This document shows positions 58,066 through 64,000 of a stretch of 64,000 bases of DNA, piece after piece. Within the stretch, counting starts at the first letter, position 1, and each line of letters starts with the position of its first letter. This DNA comes from an uncultured Nitrospiraceae bacterium (GTDB taxonomy: Bacteria; Nitrospirota; Nitrospiria; Nitrospirales; Nitrospiraceae). Under the pieces are notes generated by a model. It had not been told where the DNA came from. It made no database searches and was given only the letters and a program-made list of their open reading frames with translations. The stretch is taken from NCBI GenBank assembly GCA_963846575.1, contig CAWJWJ010000002.1:1088001-1152000 (forward strand), given 5' to 3'. The position numbers and the translations under genes were made by a program.

Positions 58066-58830
58066 TTATGGCTCCACCACCGACGCATTGTCGGTGAGAA
58101 ACGGGTGATCCGTCAGGGCCTGATAGGCGACGGCCGCCGTGTGAATCGGAGACACCTGCATGAGAAACGGCGTGAACCAGTCCGAGTCCGCCACGTCGAA
58201 CGTGTCCGGGATGACCACCCGCCGGAGATGCTTGAGATAGGCCGCCTGGATTTTCAAGGGGACGGAGGTGACGGGGCCGATCGTCCCGTCCGCGGTAATG
58301 GTCCCGGTCATCGTTCTGTCCAAAGGGATAAAGTCTCCCTTCGCGAGCGCCACCACGGAGAGCCCGACGATGGCCGACAGACTGTCGCCATAGATGGTTC
58401 CGGCCGGTTCATGAACCGAGAGACTCACGGTCCATGAGTCAGTACGTAAACGTGCCGCATGTGCCGCGCGGTCGATAGCTGAGAGAATGGCGATCTCGGT
58501 GCCGGGGCTGAAGGACCCGCGTCCGGTGAGAAAACTCACCACGATGCCGTGGTGATCGGCGCGTCCTTCCCACCCTACGACCAGTTCGCCCACCGCGCCT
58601 TCCCGAGCGCGTTGCGATTCGACTTCCTCCACGATGGTGACACCCAGGAAGCGAATGATCTGCGCGCGTTGAGTTTCTGCCCGAACCGGTTGGGGCAGAA
58701 ATGAGACCAGTGAGAGGAGTGACAGGATGACGGCCAGCCCTAGAACCCACCACCGACTTGGCATCGCGGTTAGATGCTCCTGTTTATGAGATTGTCTGCA
58801 TCCTGCCAGAAGGGACTGCGCGTCCGACAC
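58066..58830 (-). CDS. Exported S16 (Lon C-terminal) serine protease
   Basis: GDSLSA (catalytic Ser), MTGTI.ADG.IGPV, PLKIQAA (catalytic Lys); N-terminal hydrophobic segment. Confidence 0.85.
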   Translation of the reverse strand: MSDAQSLLAGCRQSHKQEHLTAMPSRWWVLGLAVILSLLSLVSFLPQPVRAETQRAQIIRFLGVTIVEEVESQRAREGAVGELVVGWEGRADHHGIVVSFLTGRGSFSPGTEIAILSAIDRAAHAARLRTDSWTVSLSVHEPAGTIYGDSLSAIVGLSVVALAKGDFIPLDRTMTGTITADGTIGPVTSVPLKIQAAYLKHLRRVVIPDTFDVADSDWFTPFLMQVSPIHTAAVAYQALTDHPFLTDNASVVEP

Positions 58831-58971
58831 TAGGCACCTCCCTATATTGATAGGCGGCGAGGCCTGGTCCGTGGCCTGGTCTTAACACCGCGGTCGATCC
58901 GGACGCCGGATGGAGCGATCTAGCAGCTGGGAGGAGGGTGTAGGGGCCCGGGCCGGAGGATCAGGAAAGGG

Positions 58972-60825
58972 TCACGCCCGCCGGGTTCGTCGATGGAGGA
59001 TCCCTGCGAGGGCTCTCGGAAGCTCGGCGGATTCGAGTTCCTCGATGGTCGTGGGAAGAGCGAGCGACCAGTTGGGATAGTCTCCGGCCGACGACGGCAG
59101 ATTGGGACGTTCGTTCACTGCGCAGGCGGCCTCCAGTTCCGCGAGCACCACGGCGGAGGGTGCGTTCGACAGCTGTTCGAAGGTCTGCGTGATCGCGAGG
59201 GCGACATCAGCGCGGGGGTCGAGATCGCTCGTCTCCATGATCTTCTGCCTGAACTCATCCTGCGCGGCCTGATTCGGTGTCACCCCATGTGCCCGTTGCA
59301 CGTCGAGGTCCGCCCCGGTCCAGACACCGGCCAGGGTGGGCAAATCATGGGTGGTGACCGCGGCCAGCGCCTTCTCCGGATATTTTGACGGCGGCTGCTC
59401 CTCGAACCAGAGGAGACGGTAGGAGAGCACGTTCTGTTCAGCCAGCATCTCGCGCACGCCTTCTTCCACGGTTCCCAGATCTTCGCCGACCACGATGGCA
59501 TTGGCGCGCTGACTTTCCACGGCCAGGATCGCCAAAAGTTCCTGGGCGGGGTAGCGCACAAAGGCGCCGTCCTTGGGCTGGCAGCCCTGCGGCACCCACC
59601 AGAGTCGGAACAGGCCCATGACATGATCGATACGAATTCCTCCGGCATAACGGAGGATCGATCGAATCGTTTGTCTGAACGGCTCATAACCGGCCGAGCG
59701 GAGTTTATGCGGGATGAAGGGCGGCAGGCCCCAATCCTGGCCGGCCTTGTTATAGAGATCCGGAGGAGCCCCGACGGTCATGTCGGCTGCGATCAGGTCC
59801 TGCCACAACCAGGCGTCGGCTCCGTCCGGCGAAAATCCGATAGGGAGGTCCTGCATGATCGGCACTGAGCCGGCCGCCCGCTTCAATTGTTGATTGAGCA
59901 ACCACTGCAACCACATGTGAAACCGGACCCGCTCCGCCTCGGCGGAGGCGAACGCGGCGATGCCCGGGTGATCGGGGCGGCGATACTCCGAAGGCCACTC
60001 GCGCCAGTTCGCACCATGTTTCTCGGTCAGGCAACAGAAGAGGGCAAACTGCCGGAGGGAGTCGCCTTCCTGCCGTCGATAGAGGTCGAAGTCCGGGTCG
60101 CCATCGAACTGTGCCCAGAGGAGCTGCAGGGCCTCCTGTTTCAGCTGAAACACCCGGTCGCGGTCGATCCGGCGATCTTCGTTGAGGGCCTGTCCGAGGG
60201 CGGCGAGGCGAGTCATGTCCTGCCCGAGTCTCGCCGCTCCCGGGATTTCTTCGATCCGCAAATACAGCGGATTCAAAAAACGCCGGCTCGAAGGCGAGTA
60301 GGGACTGGCTTCCTGCGGCAGCAGCGGTTGAATCGCATGCAGGGGATTGATGAGGAACAGTCCTGCCCCCAGGCTCCCGGCCCAGGTCGTCAATCGGCGG
60401 AGATCGGCAAGATCCCCCATGCCCCAGCTTTCCCGGCTGCGGGTCGCATAGAGTTGCGCACTCCACCCCCAGATCCTCAGGTCGTCGGGCAGATGGCACC
60501 GGCCCGGTGTCACGATGAGGAGCACAGACGCGTCGGGATTTTCGTTGGCTGCGAGTCGGTGATATCCGATCGGCAGATCCTTCGGCAACCGGTTGGCCAC
60601 TTGTGTGGTGCTGCCGTCTTCGAGCGTCAATGTCGATGCCGTCTGGAGCCGCGGCGATTGGCCTTGTCTGATAATCTTGACGCGTTCTTCGCACCAGGAA
60701 GCGGCAGGGGGTGGAGGCGGTCCCATGGACTTCCTGATCCGTGCCTGCGCTTCTTGAGACACCCGGCGCTTCTTCCCGGCGGCATCTTCGTACGTGGTCT
60801 GAATTCCCCACAGGCTGGTCTTCAT
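58972..60825 (-). CDS. malQ: 4-alpha-glucanotransferase (amylomaltase, GH77)
   Basis: QLYATRS..SWGMGD, SPYSPSSR, GAPPD, IRIDHVMG, GEDLG, TTHDLPT. Confidence 0.96.
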   Translation of the reverse strand: MKTSLWGIQTTYEDAAGKKRRVSQEAQARIRKSMGPPPPPAASWCEERVKIIRQGQSPRLQTASTLTLEDGSTTQVANRLPKDLPIGYHRLAANENPDASVLLIVTPGRCHLPDDLRIWGWSAQLYATRSRESWGMGDLADLRRLTTWAGSLGAGLFLINPLHAIQPLLPQEASPYSPSSRRFLNPLYLRIEEIPGAARLGQDMTRLAALGQALNEDRRIDRDRVFQLKQEALQLLWAQFDGDPDFDLYRRQEGDSLRQFALFCCLTEKHGANWREWPSEYRRPDHPGIAAFASAEAERVRFHMWLQWLLNQQLKRAAGSVPIMQDLPIGFSPDGADAWLWQDLIAADMTVGAPPDLYNKAGQDWGLPPFIPHKLRSAGYEPFRQTIRSILRYAGGIRIDHVMGLFRLWWVPQGCQPKDGAFVRYPAQELLAILAVESQRANAIVVGEDLGTVEEGVREMLAEQNVLSYRLLWFEEQPPSKYPEKALAAVTTHDLPTLAGVWTGADLDVQRAHGVTPNQAAQDEFRQKIMETSDLDPRADVALAITQTFEQLSNAPSAVVLAELEAACAVNERPNLPSSAGDYPNWSLALPTTIEELESAELPRALAGILHRRTRRA

Positions 60826-60972
60826 GTGTCAGATCTCTCCCTATTCCACCGTGGGCAGTCAGGCCGCGCGGCGAGGCAGCGATGCCTCCGCCGGCCTTGG
60901 CGCCTCTGCGTCAAGACCACTGGAGGAGGCACAGCTGCCCGTTCCCCGCTTCGGATCTTTTCTTGAGGACTC

Positions 60973-63159
60973 CTATTTCATGCGGTTCCAGTGGCGATGC
61001 TTACTAATGGCCTCAATAAAGGTATCCCCCCAATCGGAACCTTTTTTCTCGGAAATCACCCCCGGCGCAGACGTGATGCCCACCGCCTTGAACAATTCAG
61101 TCCCTTCCTGTTCAGCGGCCAGGGCCTTGCCGTGGTTGTAGGCTTCGCGAACAAAATGGCGGGCCTCATAGTCGCCCAACAGGCGTTTCACGCTTTCTTT
61201 CCCCCCCGCGATGTACACCGCATCGTACAGGATTGAATCAGCGGTCGCTAGCGACTTGTCGATCTTGAGGCTGTCGCCTGAGGCACTCTGCAACACCCCT
61301 AAATGGGGCGCGATGAGTTCCGCGGTCGCGCCTTTCTGTTTCAGACGATCTTCCATGCGAAGGAGATCGGCGCTGTCCACTCCGTCGGCGGCGAGGATAG
61401 CGATCTTCCGGCTCTTGATGGATTGGCTGGGCCCCTCGACCTGGCTCAAGCCTTTGGCCTTGCCTGCCTTCGTGCTGTCCTGCCCCTCAGGAGCTTTGAT
61501 GCCCAGGTACGTGCCGACCAGCTTGGCCAATGGCCCGTCGATTTTGGCGAGGTGTGCGACCATCCGCTGCTGAACGTCCTTCTTGGTCACCTTGCCCAGT
61601 TCGAACTGCAACGCTTGGCGGATATGCTCTTGTTCCGGCAGGGTCATGCTGTTGTAGAACAACGATGCCTGGCTGTAATGGTCGCCGAAGCTGGAGCTCC
61701 GCTCGCGTATCTTGGTGCCCTCGACCCGCGAGGGATAATGGACATACCCGCCTTTCTCGGCGGGTGCTTCCTTGGGCGATCCCTCCAGAGAGTTCGGATG
61801 ATAATTGGCCTTCCCTGCTCGATTCGCAAAACGCATCATGCCGTCTTCCTGGAAGTTGTTCACCGGCGATTTCGGTTGGTTGATGGGCAGCTGAACAAAA
61901 TTCGGCGTGCCGAACCGATTCAGCTGAGTGTCCAGATAGGAAAACAGACGGCCCTGCAGGAGCGGATCGTCGGACACGTCGATTCCGGAGACCACATGGC
62001 CGGGATGGAAGGCCACCTCCTCGGTTTCGGTGAAGAAATTATCCGGGTTCCGATCCAGGGTCAGTTTGCCGACCCGCTGAAGCGGGATCAGGTCTTCGGG
62101 CCAGAGCTTCGTCGGATCCAGGATGTCGAAGGGAGCCTTGCCTGCGTCCTCCTCAGGGAGGAGCTGCAGCGCCAGTTCGTACTCTGCAAACGCGCCACTC
62201 TCGATGGCGTCCCACAGGTCTCGCCGGTGGAAATCAGGATCTTTCCCCGCAATGAGCTGCGCCTCGTCCCAGACCAGCGAATGCACCCCGAGTAACGGCT
62301 TCCAATGAAATTTGACGAAGGTGGATTTGCCTTGCGCGTTCACGAGCCGGAACGTATGCACGCCGAACCCGTCCATCATGCGGTAGCTGCGCGGGATCGC
62401 GCGATCGCTCATGATCCACATGACCATGTGCATGGATTCCGGCGTCAGGGAGATGAAGTCCCAGAAGGAGTTGTGGGCCGTCGAGCCGGTCGGGAATCCA
62501 TTATCAGGCTCGGACTGAAACGCATGGACCAGGTCGGGGAACTTGATGGCGTCCTGAATGAAAAAGACCGGGATGTTATTTCCTACGAGATCCCACACGC
62601 CGTCCTTGGTGTAGAACTTTGTGGCAAATCCTCTCGCGTCACGAATCGTATCGGCGGTCCCGCGGGAACCGTTCACGTTCGAAAAGCGGACGAAGACCGG
62701 TGTCTTCACGGACGGATCGGAAAATACGGCCGCCTTCGAATATTGAGTCAAGGGCTTGTAGACCTGAAAATATCCATGCGCGCCGGACCCGCGCGGGTGC
62801 ACCACACGTTCGGGCATGGGTTCATGGTCGAAGTGCATCATCTTCTCCCGGAACTGAAAGTCTTCCAGCAACGTGGGGCCTCGCACGCCGGCTTTCAATG
62901 AATTATCATCGTCGGCGATACGGGTGCCCTGGTTCGTCGTCAGCGAGGTGCCATCCGCCACGCTGGGTTCATTCGCGTCCCGCGGGGCAATCTTAGGATT
63001 GGTCTCGGAGTTCGAGTCAGCCCACAGGGACTGGGGAGCGGCCCACGGCCCGGTTGTGAAACTTAGAACGGCGCTCAGAACGATTATCGTTTTCAGGGGG
63101 TAACGGCGGGGGACGGGTCCAACCAGGCCGGACGGAGAAGGAGATACGTGGGTCGTCAT
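60973..63159 (-). CDS. katE: Large-subunit catalase (HPII type) with C-terminal GATase-like domain
   Basis: [50 protein letters not shown]. Confidence 0.96.
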   Translation of the reverse strand: MTTHVSPSPSGLVGPVPRRYPLKTIIVLSAVLSFTTGPWAAPQSLWADSNSETNPKIAPRDANEPSVADGTSLTTNQGTRIADDDNSLKAGVRGPTLLEDFQFREKMMHFDHEPMPERVVHPRGSGAHGYFQVYKPLTQYSKAAVFSDPSVKTPVFVRFSNVNGSRGTADTIRDARGFATKFYTKDGVWDLVGNNIPVFFIQDAIKFPDLVHAFQSEPDNGFPTGSTAHNSFWDFISLTPESMHMVMWIMSDRAIPRSYRMMDGFGVHTFRLVNAQGKSTFVKFHWKPLLGVHSLVWDEAQLIAGKDPDFHRRDLWDAIESGAFAEYELALQLLPEEDAGKAPFDILDPTKLWPEDLIPLQRVGKLTLDRNPDNFFTETEEVAFHPGHVVSGIDVSDDPLLQGRLFSYLDTQLNRFGTPNFVQLPINQPKSPVNNFQEDGMMRFANRAGKANYHPNSLEGSPKEAPAEKGGYVHYPSRVEGTKIRERSSSFGDHYSQASLFYNSMTLPEQEHIRQALQFELGKVTKKDVQQRMVAHLAKIDGPLAKLVGTYLGIKAPEGQDSTKAGKAKGLSQVEGPSQSIKSRKIAILAADGVDSADLLRMEDRLKQKGATAELIAPHLGVLQSASGDSLKIDKSLATADSILYDAVYIAGGKESVKRLLGDYEARHFVREAYNHGKALAAEQEGTELFKAVGITSAPGVISEKKGSDWGDTFIEAISKHRHWNRMK

Positions 63160-63531
63160 AGAAGCCTCTCTTTCGTGAATGAAGCTGATGGGCTGAGACA
63201 CAAGGACCTGCTTCTCAGGGCACGCGATGTGTTTCCCGGGCTTATTTGAGGTACAGGGGGCAATGTTCTGCTGCTCAACGGGATCTGTCGGCTCTCGTGC
63301 AAGTGAGCTCCGGGCATCCTCCTATGCAATGTTCGGGCTCGCGTGTGTCGGTGTCCCATGGCGGATGTTTCCCAGGTAGAACGAGAGCAGGCGGGCCGCA
63401 GGAGCCCGCGCGGCAGGATCTGGAAGTAGCGTTTTGTCCGTAACCGGACAACCTGTCCGCGGTCGCAGCGGGGATGGCAACGCCAGGGCGCAGTCTGGTT
63501 GAATAAGCAAGCCGTGCATCCTGCGTGCGGA

Positions 63532-63547
63532 TGGTGCATCATTTGCA
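63532..63547 (+). promoter_or_regulatory. Possible sigma54 (-24/-12) promoter for treZ
   Basis: TGGTGCATCATTTGCA = GG-N10-GC with TTGCA, 66 bp before the ATG. Confidence 0.45.
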
Positions 63548-63613
63548 TCACTCACGCCCCGCTTGCGGTGAGGGGGAGTACGGGGCCGTTCAAAGATTGG
63601 AAAGGAGCGCGGA

Positions 63614-64000
63614 ATGGGTTACATGCGACAGAGTTGTGGCGCGGTGCTCGCGGCTGATGGCGCGGTTGAATGGCGGCTGTGGGCCCCGAAAGCCAAACAG
63701 GTCGACCTCATCCTGATCGACGGGAGCCACCGGCACGTCGAATCGATGGTATCTGAACCTTGTGGACATTTTCTTTTTCGCCGGGAGAATGTGTCCGAGG
63801 GACAGCGCTACATGTTTTCGCTTGATGGGGGACCGGACAGAGCCGATCCGGCCTCCCGTTGGCAACCGGATGGAGTAGGCGGTCCCTCGGCATTGCTGCG
63901 CCCCGCGCGATTCGAATGGTCGGACAATCAGTGGCAGGGCGTTTCCCGCCAAGACCTCGTGTTTTACGAGGTGCATGTCGGGACCTTTACGGCAGAGGGC
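63614..64000 (+). CDS. treZ: Malto-oligosyltrehalose trehalohydrolase, 5' part (runs off window)
   Basis: Read directly from the sequence: AAAGGAG SD, WRLWAP, DPASRWQPDGV.GPS, F.WSD..W.G, FYEVHVGTFT.EG. Confidence 0.92.
   Translation, partial: MGYMRQSCGAVLAADGAVEWRLWAPKAKQVDLILIDGSHRHVESMVSEPCGHFLFRRENVSEGQRYMFSLDGGPDRADPASRWQPDGVGGPSALLRPARFEWSDNQWQGVSRQDLVFYEVHVGTFTAEG

Overview
GC-rich bacterial chromosomal window; the gene repertoire suggests a Nitrospira-like organism (inference). Left end: tRNA-Ser(CGA), then a three-gene lipopeptide cluster (FAAL-ACP-C-A-T-C-A-T-TE NRPS, PvdE/SyrD-type ABC exporter, Sfp-type PPTase) converging on tadA. Next come an ECF sigma/anti-sigma pair, TPR/glycosyltransferase genes and glgX. 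The accessory middle (about 23-40 kb) holds sulfite-oxidase-like, zwf, GH15, radical SAM + DUF4130-UdgX, lipoprotein and small secreted-protein genes. It is punctuated by five same-orientation copies of a ~25-bp motif (ATGTTCGATTGCAAG[A/T]CCTGACCCC), each followed by a different short duplication. It also carries two copies of a promoter + conserved leader unit driving small secreted Cys-containing proteins. Right half: M90 peptidase, methyltransferases, pssA, SagB-type nitroreductase, a MITE-like palindrome, two response regulators, a CzcCBA-type RND efflux operon, a Lon_C protease, malQ, katE and the start of treZ. Main leads: the TGACCCC-delimited modules, the duplicated leader/miniprotein units, and the NRPS thioesterase with a Cys nucleophile and no canonical His.
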